From: an uncultured Solibacteraceae bacterium | GTDB lineage: Bacteria > Acidobacteriota > Terriglobia > Bryobacterales > Bryobacteraceae | Assembly: GCA_964461075.1 (NCBI GenBank) | Contig: CAYWST010000001.1 | Location: 11,234 to 75,233, forward strand | DNA length: 64,000 bases | Direction of reading: 5' to 3' | Part shown: positions 8,081-17,401 of the stretch, one piece after another | Numbering within the stretch: position 1 is the first letter of the stretch | How the letters are laid out: every line of letters starts with the position of its first letter | Program-made: the position numbers and the translations under genes | The notes under the pieces: generated by a model | Databases searched by the model: none | Told to the model about the DNA's origin: nothing | Seen by the model: only the letters and a program-made list of their open reading frames with translations

Positions 8081-11000
8081 CTCGCGCCGCCTGGCTGCCG
8101 ATCGCCGTTCTGGCGTGCGCTACCGCGAACGCCTACAACCCGCCACAGGATTCGGCGGGCCCGCTGACGGTGAGAATCGAAGGGCCGGCGGTCCTGACCT
8201 CTGTGGAAGAGCCGGCGGCCTATGCAATCGTCCTGATCAACACGAGCACGACGGCGAAGATCGAATCCGGGGAACTGCGGCTGGAGGTTCACCGGGGCTG
8301 GCGGATTGAGCCGGATCAGATCTGGCCATTCACCCTCGCTGGCGGCGAAACCCGCCGGATTGACATCACCGTGAAGGCGGACGAGTCCACTCATACGGCG
8401 GCGCACTACCCGCTGCACGCCTTCGCATCGTTCACTCCGCCAGGCGGATCGAAGCTGACGGCACACCCGGTTCTGCTGATTGAGACACGGTTGCCGGCCA
8501 AGCCCTCTGTGGTTTCACCCCCGGCGTGGAAAGCGATCGAGCCGGGTCCCGACAGCGAGATCGGGCTCTGGCGGCTGAAGGTCTTTCGGGCGGTGTTCAG
8601 GGTGTTTTCGAATGATGACGCCAAGACGCAGCCGGCAGGATGGCAGGGCTCGGAACCGGAGACACGGGCGGTGCTCACAATGAACACGCGCGTCGTTCGC
8701 GGGGAGGCCCGCGAGTCGATCGCCATTCATCCACCGTGGTCGGGCGGCCGCGCCGGCACGATGTGGGTGGAGTTCCCGGTTGTGCTGCCTTCCGCGGCCA
8801 GGCTCCGGTTCGCCACCGCGGTCCGCGATCCGGACGCGGGCGCACGCCCCGGAGACGGCGTCACGTTTCGCGTGCGTGTGACTCCGCTGGACGCCCCAGA
8901 AGGACAAGCCGGCGCGATCGTCTTTGAGCGCCATTCCGACACCAAAACATGGCAGGACGGAGCCGCCGACCTCTCCCCGTTCGCCGGACAGGCGATTCGT
9001 CTTCAATTGGAGTCGCACCCGGGCCCGGCAAACAACACGGCGTTCGACCAGTCCTATTGGGCGGAACCCACGCTTGTCATCGGGCAGCCGCCCGCGGCGG
9101 CGTTTTCGTCAATGCGGTTGTTGGGCCAAACTGGCGATTTCAAGGTCAGCATGCAGACCGGCCGGCGCGGCCTGCTGGACGGCAGAATCACGTTTGAGCC
9201 GGTTGCGGGCGGGCAGGCGCTCGCATTCGACGGCTTCGCCCTGCGCGTGCAGGGGGATCAGTTGGAGGACTCGCGGACCGCGGCGGTGTTCCGCGGCTTC
9301 CGTGAAGAGCCCGCGGAGGCTGGCGCGGCGGTCCTCCGCCACCGCTTTCAATCCTACGACGTGATGTTGCGCGTGGCCGTGGAGGACGGAGCGCTCAAGA
9401 CTGGCGTCTGGCTGGAGAACTCGCCGCCGAACGAGCCCTGGAAAGCGGTCTACATCGAAGATTTCGCGCTCAGAAACTGGTCGTCGCGCGTCGAGCGCGT
9501 GTACGCCGGGGCGGGAAACGTGCTGGTCCAACCGGAGGCGTTCCGCCTGAACTACGATGGGCACCGCCTCTCGACGAAGTTCGTGGGTTTCGAGTTCGCC
9601 GGCGGGGCCGCCGTCGTGCAGGCGGTCGACACGCCCCCGACGGAACTCGATGTCGACCCCGCGGCACGGCGTGCGACGATCCGCACCGCTCACCCTACGG
9701 TGATGACCATCCTGCCCGGCCGGGATGTCTGGAGCGCGGCCAAGCGTTGGCGGGAGTCCAACGGATTGCGGGCGGCGGGCGGCGTCCATTCTCTCGCCGG
9801 GAGATTCGTCTTCGATCTGTGGGGCGGCCGCTACGCCACGGCCGCAGCCGATCTCAGGCGGGCGTCGCTCTACGGACTCACTGACGCCGCAGTGGTGTGG
9901 CACAACTGGCAGCGCTGGGGGTACGACTACCGGCTTCCGGAGATCTGGCCTCCCAACCCCTCGCTTGGAACCGAGGCTGAGTTCCAGGAACTCGCCGCGG
10001 CGGCGAAGCAGAACGGCCGGCTGTTTGCGTTGCACGACAACTACATTGACTTCTATCCCGACGCGCCGGGCTTTGACTACGCCTACGTGGCCCACAATAC
10101 AGCGGGGCAACCGGTGAAGGCGTGGCTGAATGAAGGGCGCGGGGCGCAGAGCTATCGTTGGAGCACGGGCGCATGGCAGGAGTGGGTGCGATGGAACCTG
10201 AGCCAAATCAGGGAAAGCGTCGCGCCTACCGCGCATTTCATCGACGTGTGGTCTTCGGCTGGGCCGTATGATTCGTGGACGGCGTCGGGCGATTTCGTAG
10301 ACCGGATCAGAACCGCCAATTCATGGGGAGAGACGTTCGCCTGGATCCGGGACTACCTGGGCGGCTCGGCGCCGCAGATCTCCGAGAGCGGCCACGACGC
10401 GCTCATCGGCTGGCTCGATGGCGCGCAGACCAACCACCTGCGTGTGGATGCTCCACCTGAAGGGCAGTATTCATGGGCCGTCTGGAACATTCGGGCCCGG
10501 GACTCGGAACGGATTCCCTGGTTTGACTTCGCTCATCACGACCGGTTCGTCCTCCACGGCGCCGGGTATGAATCGCGGTATAGTTCGGGACTTGATCCGC
10601 GGCTGCATGGGATCTACTCGGACGATTACATCGCCACGGAATTCCTCACCGGACATCCGGCCATGGTCAAGGAGGCGTTTTCGCGGGAAGCCGTTCGCAA
10701 GTACTGGCTGTCGCAGGAGACGTCCCGGGCGTTGGCCCTCAGGAGGATCGAGCGCGTTGACTTCGCCGATGGAGACATTCACCGCGCGACGGTCCGGTGG
10801 GAGGGCGGCGGCGAGGTGACGGTGAATCGCGGCGCTTCGGACATGACGCTGCCATCAGGCCGTGTGCTGCCGCAGTACGGCCTCTATGCAAGGATTCCTG
10901 CGGAGGGCCAAATTGAGGCGGCGATCGAGCGGCGCGGCGGAGTGATCGTCGAGTGGGCCAGGTCGCCGGAACAGTTCTACGTTAACGCGCGGCCTCCCAT

Positions 11001-11718
11001 CACCAACCGGCTGGACATTCGCGTCCGTCTGGAATCGCTCGAGTGCTCGACGCCGCGGCGCTGCACGTACGTCTTTTATTGGAGCGCCGGTGAGCCCACG
11101 GAGGATCCGATGCGGGTCTTCCTGCACTTCACGGACGCCTCGGGAGCGATTCGCTTTCAGGGCGACCACGAACCTCAGACGCCCAGCAATCTGTGGTCTG
11201 GCGTGATCAGGACGCAGGTGACGGTGGAGGCTCCGGCGCAGTTCCCGGCGGGATCGAAATTCGACCTCGGGATCGGCCTTTACAACGCCCGGACTGGACA
11301 GCGGGCCCGGATTGAAGGCGTGGACGACGGAAGCGGGCGGATCCGGCTGGGCGGAATCACGCTGGGCGAACAGCGAGTTCTGTTCGAGCCGCTTCCTGCG
11401 ACGCCGGACCCTTGGCTCACAAGGATGAACCCCGAGAGCAAGCTGGTGCAGTTTCCATATGGAGTGACCACCAACGCGGGTTTGCGGCTTTCGCCGGCCG
11501 GGGAGACGCTCTGGTTGACGATGCTGCCCAACAGCCGGGCGGCGGAGATCCGCCTCGAGTGGGAGCAACTGCCGTGGAAACTCCCGCGCCCCAGGCGATG
11601 GGTCGCACGGGCCGAGTCGGGTGATGTGGCCGGCAGCGGGACCTTCGCGCCGCAGGATCAGGGAGAGATCGTCCTTCCGCTCGCGCCGAAGGTCTTCGCC
11701 TATGAACTGAAACCCTGA
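8077..11718 (+). CDS. large exported protein of unknown function (about 1213 aa; possible glycoside-hydrolase-like core)
   Basis: ORF 8050-11718. The start is set at the ATG overlapping the upstream stop (MTRAAWLPIAVLACATANA signal peptide). An N-terminal beta-sandwich-like segment is followed by a central W/Y/D-rich region (WHNWQRWGYDYRLPEIWPPNP...LHDNYIDFYPD). I recognise no catalytic motif with certainty. Confidence 0.65.
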   Translation: MTRAAWLPIAVLACATANAYNPPQDSAGPLTVRIEGPAVLTSVEEPAAYAIVLINTSTTAKIESGELRLEVHRGWRIEPDQIWPFTLAGGETRRIDITVKADESTHTAAHYPLHAFASFTPPGGSKLTAHPVLLIETRLPAKPSVVSPPAWKAIEPGPDSEIGLWRLKVFRAVFRVFSNDDAKTQPAGWQGSEPETRAVLTMNTRVVRGEARESIAIHPPWSGGRAGTMWVEFPVVLPSAARLRFATAVRDPDAGARPGDGVTFRVRVTPLDAPEGQAGAIVFERHSDTKTWQDGAADLSPFAGQAIRLQLESHPGPANNTAFDQSYWAEPTLVIGQPPAAAFSSMRLLGQTGDFKVSMQTGRRGLLDGRITFEPVAGGQALAFDGFALRVQGDQLEDSRTAAVFRGFREEPAEAGAAVLRHRFQSYDVMLRVAVEDGALKTGVWLENSPPNEPWKAVYIEDFALRNWSSRVERVYAGAGNVLVQPEAFRLNYDGHRLSTKFVGFEFAGGAAVVQAVDTPPTELDVDPAARRATIRTAHPTVMTILPGRDVWSAAKRWRESNGLRAAGGVHSLAGRFVFDLWGGRYATAAADLRRASLYGLTDAAVVWHNWQRWGYDYRLPEIWPPNPSLGTEAEFQELAAAAKQNGRLFALHDNYIDFYPDAPGFDYAYVAHNTAGQPVKAWLNEGRGAQSYRWSTGAWQEWVRWNLSQIRESVAPTAHFIDVWSSAGPYDSWTASGDFVDRIRTANSWGETFAWIRDYLGGSAPQISESGHDALIGWLDGAQTNHLRVDAPPEGQYSWAVWNIRARDSERIPWFDFAHHDRFVLHGAGYESRYSSGLDPRLHGIYSDDYIATEFLTGHPAMVKEAFSREAVRKYWLSQETSRALALRRIERVDFADGDIHRATVRWEGGGEVTVNRGASDMTLPSGRVLPQYGLYARIPAEGQIEAAIERRGGVIVEWARSPEQFYVNARPPITNRLDIRVRLESLECSTPRRCTYVFYWSAGEPTEDPMRVFLHFTDASGAIRFQGDHEPQTPSNLWSGVIRTQVTVEAPAQFPAGSKFDLGIGLYNARTGQRARIEGVDDGSGRIRLGGITLGEQRVLFEPLPATPDPWLTRMNPESKLVQFPYGVTTNAGLRLSPAGETLWLTMLPNSRAAEIRLEWEQLPWKLPRPRRWVARAESGDVAGSGTFAPQDQGEIVLPLAPKVFAYELKP

Positions 11719-11719
11719 G

Positions 11720-12073
11720 CTACCGCGGGACCCGGTTCATCACGAACGGCTCGGGCGCGGAACCACACTCGGAGTTTTGGATCGACCATGCGCCGTTTTT
11801 CCAGGTGGCGAGAATCCTGATGGGGCGGCGCAGCAATCCGAACGGCGGACCGATCTCAATCACCTCCCCCGCCACAACGGCAACGCTGGGAGAAAGCTGA
11901 ACGATGCGCTCGGAAACGAAGACCGGACCGTAGTGTTCGCTCCATATCGCCGGCCGGTGAACGGGAAAGTCCAACACAAACGAAGCTGGGCAGGCCGGAG
12001 GGCTCTTCTTGAGCTGGGACAAAAACTGCCCGAAGTCGCCGGCCAGCATCATCAGAAGAATGAGATGAGCCAT
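11720..12073 (-). CDS. small hypothetical protein (last gene of the GT2 operon)
   Basis: ORF 11720-12139 trimmed to the internal ATG (MAHLILLMMLAGDFGQF), which lies 19 nt after the M28 gene stop. Same strand as the upstream operon. I recognise no motif. Confidence 0.4.
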   Translation of the reverse strand: MAHLILLMMLAGDFGQFLSQLKKSPPACPASFVLDFPVHRPAIWSEHYGPVFVSERIVQLSPSVAVVAGEVIEIGPPFGLLRRPIRILATWKNGAWSIQNSECGSAPEPFVMNRVPR

Positions 12074-12092
12074 TTCCAAGGGCTCCTTCGGT

Positions 12093-12953
12093 TTATTGAC
12101 GGTCGAGGCGCAAAAGCGTTTCGGCCACGACCGATCCAATAGTCTGAAAACTCCGGACCGAAAGCTTATCCAGTGTATCCTGAGGCGTGTGCCACCAGGA
12201 GTGGTTCGGGCCGTAGGAGAAGTCGATCAGGTTCAGCGCACGGACGCCAAGCCGAAGGTAGGGGACATGATCGTCTTCGATCGGGAAGGCGCCTCCGTCG
12301 AAGCTCCGCTGCAGGCCTTTCTCGGCGGCGACACCCCACAAAAGCCGCCTCAGGACCTCCGATGAGTACTGCTCCTCGACGATATGGAGGTCCTTGTCGC
12401 CGATCATGTCGAGGTTGATGAGGGCGTCGAGCCGGGCTAGCGTGCCGTCCTTGCGCCATCGTTGAGAGAGATGCCTCGAACCGTAGAGCGAATCGGTTTC
12501 GCTCCATTCGCCGTACGCCTCTTCGCCATCGTGAAAGATGAAGTAGATGTCTTTCGCGGTCTGCAGGCTCTTGAAGCTGCGAGCAAGCTCCAGGACGGCG
12601 CCGGTAGAGGAACCGGCATCGTTGGCGCCCACAAAAGGGAACGGGAAGACCTTGGTATCGTAGTGTCCGCTCACGGCCAGTGCGCGCTTTCCGGGCTTGC
12701 CGGGCTTCCGGGCGATCACGTTCATCATCTGAACGGGGCCTTTAGGCGTCTTGGCCGTAAATCTGTCTTCAACGACTTCGTACCCGAACGACTTGAGCAT
12801 GGCGACGAGCCAGGCGGAAAGACTGCGGGAAGCCGCCGACCCTGGCGTCCGCGGCCCGAAAGAGACTGCCTTCGCGGTGTAGTCATAGGCGGATTGACCG
12901 GAGAAGTCGGCCGCCAGGAAGAGGGCGAGCGTCAGGCCTTGCGCGCTAAGCAT
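12093..12953 (-). CDS. M28 family metallopeptidase / glutaminyl-cyclase-like protein
   Basis: Signal-like N-terminus. Zinc-ligand-type motifs are SGHYDT, GANDAGSSTG, FHDGEEAYGEW, NLDMIG and WWHTPQD. Confidence 0.75.
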   Translation of the reverse strand: MLSAQGLTLALFLAADFSGQSAYDYTAKAVSFGPRTPGSAASRSLSAWLVAMLKSFGYEVVEDRFTAKTPKGPVQMMNVIARKPGKPGKRALAVSGHYDTKVFPFPFVGANDAGSSTGAVLELARSFKSLQTAKDIYFIFHDGEEAYGEWSETDSLYGSRHLSQRWRKDGTLARLDALINLDMIGDKDLHIVEEQYSSEVLRRLLWGVAAEKGLQRSFDGGAFPIEDDHVPYLRLGVRALNLIDFSYGPNHSWWHTPQDTLDKLSVRSFQTIGSVVAETLLRLDRQ

Positions 12954-13618
12954 TGATACCCCAGTGTAAAATCCCGGCGGTGGTCCAGTGGGTCAAGCGC
13001 CGGGACGGCCAGAGCCAGGGGGATGAAAAGAAGGGCGGTCAGCGGCTTCAGTAGCGGGGGCGACTGTTGAACGGCATTGAAGAGCCGCCGGGAGAGCAAG
13101 CGCCAGAAGCCGCCGATGGGCGCGATCTCAAAGGTTGCGAAACCGCTTCGCCGCAGGAGGAGTTCAAGCCCGTGGCGAGTGTAGCGAAAGTAGTCGTGCG
13201 GCGCCTGGTGAACCTCCCATTCGTGAGGGGCAACGATCAGCAGCGGTGCGCCGGGCCGGAGGACACGGGCCAGTTCGGCGAGCGCCGCGGCCGGATCAGC
13301 AAGATGTTCGAGCGTGACAATGTTCAGCGCCGCGTCGAACGTACTGTCGCGGAAAGGAAGCCGCGTGAGATCGGCAAGCGCGTCGATGGCGGAGTAATCC
13401 CACCCGGCGTCGCCGATGGCAAGGTCGACGGCCGTGTAACGATGCAACCGGAACAGCGGCTTGTATTGCGTCTCGCCCGCGCCTGCATCGAGAACGCGGG
13501 CTCCGGGCTGAAGCGAACTCGAGAATGTCCGGACAGCGGTTTCGATGGACGCCTCGAAATGGTAGACATGGCGGAGGAGCGCGGGCGGCAATAGACGGCG
13601 CGCGCGGGCATAGGTCAT
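12932..13618 (-). CDS. class I SAM-dependent methyltransferase
   Basis: Motif I is VLDAGAGE. Post-I/II-type segments are ALNIVTLEHLADP and LRPGAPLLIVAP. ATGA overlap with the upstream methyltransferase gene. Confidence 0.75.
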   Translation of the reverse strand: MTYARARRLLPPALLRHVYHFEASIETAVRTFSSSLQPGARVLDAGAGETQYKPLFRLHRYTAVDLAIGDAGWDYSAIDALADLTRLPFRDSTFDAALNIVTLEHLADPAAALAELARVLRPGAPLLIVAPHEWEVHQAPHDYFRYTRHGLELLLRRSGFATFEIAPIGGFWRLLSRRLFNAVQQSPPLLKPLTALLFIPLALAVPALDPLDHRRDFTLGYQCLARKA

Positions 13619-14610
13619 GCGCGGGGGCGAGCCTCCAGCATGATCGTGGAACCGGCGCGGCAGGCGGCCTCAAGCAACGCGAACGGAATAGCGGCCAGGA
13701 CGATTGAGAAATAGACCAGATCTTTGACGAGCCGCTCCCGCTCCGTCTCGGGGACCTTGCGGATGCGGCGTGCCATGGGATCGAGAGAGGGCGCGAGAGT
13801 CGAGGCCAAGCCCGCAGGGTTATCGCGAAGCGAGAAGTGTTTCCGGCGGAGAACCTCGAATCCCGAGTACTCAAGCAGTTGGACCAGATCCTGCTCCTTG
13901 AAGTCGATCAGGTGGCGGGGAATGTCGAGCCCGTTCCAGGCTTCTCCGAAAAGGAGGAATTGCCAGCATGCGGCATTGGGGACCTGGACGATCAGGCGGC
14001 CCTCCGGCATCAGCAGCCGATGGGCGGCTTCCAGGTAGGCGGCCGGGTCATACAGGTGCTCGAGGACATGGAACATGGTGACCGCCGCGAAGGAGGCTCT
14101 CCTAAAGGGCGACCGCGGAAGCGCGCCGCATGCGGCGGGGACTCCGTTCGTGGTCCAGGCCACCCGCGCGGCGTCGATCGAGAAATCGAGCCCAATAGCG
14201 CGCCCTGAGGGCAGGTTCAGTTCGCGCAGAAGCAGTCCGCCGCCGCAACCAACGTCCAGAACGGGCCCGCTCAGGCCGGAGTCAGTCAGCGCCCGCTGGA
14301 CGAAATTGACGTGATCCCGCAAGACGAAGCGGCGCCAGACATCGGCAAGTTGGTCCGCGGCGCCGGAACCCGGATCGAACCAGTAACTGGCGGGATAGTA
14401 GTTCCGTATTTCGCGCGGATGAGGCCAGGGGTAGAGGCGAATCAGCCGGCAGTTCCTGCACTCGACCACATGAAAGACATCCTTGGTGGTACCAAACAGC
14501 CGATCGGCGCCCTGGCAGAGGGTCTTGATGCCGGTGGAGCCGCAAGCCGGACAGGCGTTCTCCTCCGAGGCCTCTTCCTCCGGCGCATGAGACGGGCCGG
14601 TTTGGCTCAA
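13615..14610 (-). CDS. class I SAM-dependent methyltransferase with N-terminal zinc ribbon
   Basis: The ORF track gives 13615-14904, but its first about 98 codons overlap the GT2 gene. A TTG at 14610-14608 overlaps the GT2 TGA (TTGA). The protein then begins LSQTGPSHAPEEE..CPACGS...CRNCRL, with VLDVGCGGG (motif I) and MFHVLEHLYDP. Confidence 0.7.
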   Translation of the reverse strand: MSQTGPSHAPEEEASEENACPACGSTGIKTLCQGADRLFGTTKDVFHVVECRNCRLIRLYPWPHPREIRNYYPASYWFDPGSGAADQLADVWRRFVLRDHVNFVQRALTDSGLSGPVLDVGCGGGLLLRELNLPSGRAIGLDFSIDAARVAWTTNGVPAACGALPRSPFRRASFAAVTMFHVLEHLYDPAAYLEAAHRLLMPEGRLIVQVPNAACWQFLLFGEAWNGLDIPRHLIDFKEQDLVQLLEYSGFEVLRRKHFSLRDNPAGLASTLAPSLDPMARRIRKVPETERERLVKDLVYFSIVLAAIPFALLEAACRAGSTIMLEARPRA

Positions 14611-15674
14611 CCCGCCCGCCGGGCGGTGGTCGTCTGTTCGCTCAGTTCGCGGAAGGAGATCCTGTAGCGAAGCAGGAGTCTGCAGGTCTCCGACGCCGTC
14701 AGCACTCGACGAGCCAGAATCTGCCGCCTCTTTCTCAGCATTCGAGGGATCAGCCGGAGAGCCTCCACCTGCGCCCGAAGCACCGCCAGAAGGACCTTCA
14801 GGAAACTCTCCGGCGTCTCGATGCGGCTCAGTTCCCCGCGGCGCCGCAGGGCCGCTATCAGCATGCCGGCCGCCCTCGCCAGAAAAAAAACGCCGTTGAG
14901 ACAAAGAAGCCTACCAGGAAACAGTTTAACCGCCAGAAGGATGCGATTGCGCTCGATCAACATGACCCGCCTCGGATTGAGCTGGCCGAGGGTGGCCCCG
15001 CGGTGGTGAAGCACACGCGCCTCGGGCACATAGACCGCCTTCCAACCGAGGATTCGGCAGCGCAGGCCAAGTTCGGCGTCGTCGGCGTAGGCGAAGAAAT
15101 CCTCATCGAATCCGCCTGTCTGTTCGAGCATCGACCGGCGCAGCATGCAGGCGCAGCCGTCGGGCCAGAGGGTCTCCTCGAACGTGTCGAACTGCCCGGC
15201 GTCTCTTTGTCCATGGCCGCGCCCCCGGTTCTGGCCGTCCAGCCAGATGAGATGGCCCGCCTTGTCGATGATGGATGGATCCTCCCAAACGAGGATTTTC
15301 GAGGCGGCCATGCCGACCGAGGGCTCGTCAAACGCCCGCGCCAGGTGAGCCAACCAGCCGTGGCTGGCTTCGGCGTCATTATTGAGAAGCGCAATGAGCG
15401 AGCCGTCCGCGGCCGCAATCCCCTGGTTGTTGGCGGCGCAGAAGCCGAGGTTCGACGCATTCCGGATCAGTCTGACAGGGAATGGGAAACGAGTAGTACT
15501 GATCCACTCCGCCGACCCGTCGGAGGATCCGTTGTCGACGACAATCACCTCGAAGGGGGCGCCCTGACCGGTGGTCAGGCTGGCCAGGCAAGCCTTCAGC
15601 AGGGGCAGGCGATTCCAGTTGACGACAACCACGGAAACGAAGTGTGACCCGCCTGTAAAGCCTTGTTCCAGCAA
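14607..15674 (-). CDS. GT2 family glycosyltransferase
   Basis: VSVVVVNWN, VIVVDNGSSDGS, NLGFCAANNQG and the acidic motif YADDAELGLR. TTG start. Confidence 0.85.
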   Translation of the reverse strand: MLEQGFTGGSHFVSVVVVNWNRLPLLKACLASLTTGQGAPFEVIVVDNGSSDGSAEWISTTRFPFPVRLIRNASNLGFCAANNQGIAAADGSLIALLNNDAEASHGWLAHLARAFDEPSVGMAASKILVWEDPSIIDKAGHLIWLDGQNRGRGHGQRDAGQFDTFEETLWPDGCACMLRRSMLEQTGGFDEDFFAYADDAELGLRCRILGWKAVYVPEARVLHHRGATLGQLNPRRVMLIERNRILLAVKLFPGRLLCLNGVFFLARAAGMLIAALRRRGELSRIETPESFLKVLLAVLRAQVEALRLIPRMLRKRRQILARRVLTASETCRLLLRYRISFRELSEQTTTARRAG

Positions 15675-15708
15675 CGTGTTGTATCATACCACTCAGCGCC
15701 ATCGATTC

Positions 15709-16662
15709 ATGCCGACACTAGGCCAGACACTCAAAGCTGAGCGGGAAAAGCGCGGTTGGACGATTGCCGATGTGGCAGCTAAGACCCGCATCCAGGCCCA
15801 GTACTTTGAGGCGATCGAGCGTGATGATGTTGACGCCCTGCCCGGCGGTTTCTTCTACCGCAGTTTCGTCCGGCAATATGCGAGGCTGCTCGAAGTACCT
15901 GATTCGGTTTATAAGAGCACGCTGGAGAGCCATCTGCTCGACGAGCAGATGGCCATCGCCGCGCAGCCCACATCGCTCCATGAGCGGCCGCTCAATGTGC
16001 CACCCATGCCCACTGGCATGTCCGACCCGGCGACCGAGACGAAGCGTTGGCTGTTGCGTCTGGGCGGCTTAGCGCTGGTCATCCTTCTTTGCTCGTTTGT
16101 CTACACGCTTTCAGTGAATTGGAAGGTTTGGTTTGGCTCGCTGCTTCCGGCCGCCGCACCCGAACCGCCCGTGGCGCAAGCGCCCGTCGAACCGCAGAAA
16201 CAGGCTCAGGCGTCCGCACCGGCGGCTCAGGATACCCAGCCGCCCTCAACCTCGTCGAGCCCGCCGGCCGGCGAACCCGTCGCTCAACCCGCAGCACAAC
16301 CGGAGACGCAAGCCCCAGTTCCGCCTCCCGCTTCGTCCGCGCTCACCCCTTCTCCTCCATCTCCGGAGGGCGCAGTGACGCTTTCCATCAAAGCCACTGA
16401 CATCGCCTGGGTTCAGGTGCGCGAATCCGGGAAAGTGATTTTCTCAAACGTGATCCCCATCGGGGAGACAAAGTCTTTCACGAGCGGCGAGAGGCTGCGT
16501 GTGTTGTTTGGCAACGCCGGCGGAGTGGAGGTCATCTACAACGGCAAGCCGCTGCCGCCGCCGGGACCGAAAGGCCAGGTCCGAACTCTGGAGTTTACAC
16601 GGGACGGCTTTGAGGTGATTGTCAAACCGCCCGCTTTGAGCCCCGCTCCGAAGCAGGAGTAG
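15709..16662 (+). CDS. rodZ: RodZ-like cytoskeleton protein (HTH - TM - Pro-rich linker - DUF4115-like)
   Basis: ORF 15571-16662 trimmed to the ATG giving MPTLGQTLKAEREKRGWTIADVAAKTRIQAQYFEAIE (XRE-type HTH). A TM helix (LLRLGGLALVILLCSFVY) and a P/A/Q-rich linker follow. The C-terminus VTLSIKATDIAWVQV...GNAGGVEVIYNGKPL is typical of DUF4115. Confidence 0.7.
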   Translation: MPTLGQTLKAEREKRGWTIADVAAKTRIQAQYFEAIERDDVDALPGGFFYRSFVRQYARLLEVPDSVYKSTLESHLLDEQMAIAAQPTSLHERPLNVPPMPTGMSDPATETKRWLLRLGGLALVILLCSFVYTLSVNWKVWFGSLLPAAAPEPPVAQAPVEPQKQAQASAPAAQDTQPPSTSSSPPAGEPVAQPAAQPETQAPVPPPASSALTPSPPSPEGAVTLSIKATDIAWVQVRESGKVIFSNVIPIGETKSFTSGERLRVLFGNAGGVEVIYNGKPLPPPGPKGQVRTLEFTRDGFEVIVKPPALSPAPKQE

Positions 16663-16670
16663 CGGCCGGT

Positions 16671-17330
16671 TTAGCGCCTCATCGCGCGAGCGCGCTTCGC
16701 CGCCTGCATCATGGCGCGCTGCCGGTCGGTTTCCAGACGCAGCAATTCAGTCCTGCGGCGCTCCTTGATCCGTTCATCCACCTGCCGCCAGAATTTGAGG
16801 AAATAGTCGCCGGCGGAGGCCAGCGCGAACAGCATGGTGCCCCATAACGCAGCTTGGGCGAACACATTCAAAGCCGGAATCTTCGCCGAGAGAAGGATGA
16901 GGGAGACGGCCAGCACCTGCGTCACCATTTTCGACTTGCCTAATTCACTGGCCTGAATGGTGTAGCCCTCGCCGGCGGCGATGCTTCTCAGGCCGGAAAC
17001 GGCGAATTCGCGGCCAATGATGAGGACCGCGATCCACCCGGGGACCCGCTGCACCTGAACGAGCGAGATGAGCGCGGCGCTGATGAGCAGTTTGTCGGCG
17101 ATGGGGTCGAGCAGCATCCCGACCGTGGTGATCTGATTCCACCGCCGGGCCAGGTACCCATCCACCAGATCAGTGAACGCCGCGGCGAGGAAAATCATCA
17201 GGGCGACGATGTCGTTCGTCCAGGACAGGCCCAGCAGCGCGGCCCAGTGGCGGTTCTCCTGCACCAGCACCGCGACCAGCAGCGGTACGAAAAAGATTCG
17301 AAGCAGGGTCAGGAGGTTGGGAAGATTCAT
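16671..17330 (-). CDS. pgsA: CDP-diacylglycerol--glycerol-3-phosphate 3-phosphatidyltransferase
   Basis: ORF trimmed to MNLPNLLTLLRIFFVPLL. The CDP-alcohol phosphatidyltransferase motif DLVDGYLARRWNQITTVGMLLDPIADK is present, with multiple TM helices. Confidence 0.85.
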   Translation of the reverse strand: MNLPNLLTLLRIFFVPLLVAVLVQENRHWAALLGLSWTNDIVALMIFLAAAFTDLVDGYLARRWNQITTVGMLLDPIADKLLISAALISLVQVQRVPGWIAVLIIGREFAVSGLRSIAAGEGYTIQASELGKSKMVTQVLAVSLILLSAKIPALNVFAQAALWGTMLFALASAGDYFLKFWRQVDERIKERRRTELLRLETDRQRAMMQAAKRARAMRR

Positions 17331-17401
17331 CGCCCCCCTTAAAGATAATCCAAGAGACGCGCATTTCGGACACAGTTCGAAGCGCTGCGCGCACCCATCG
17401 G

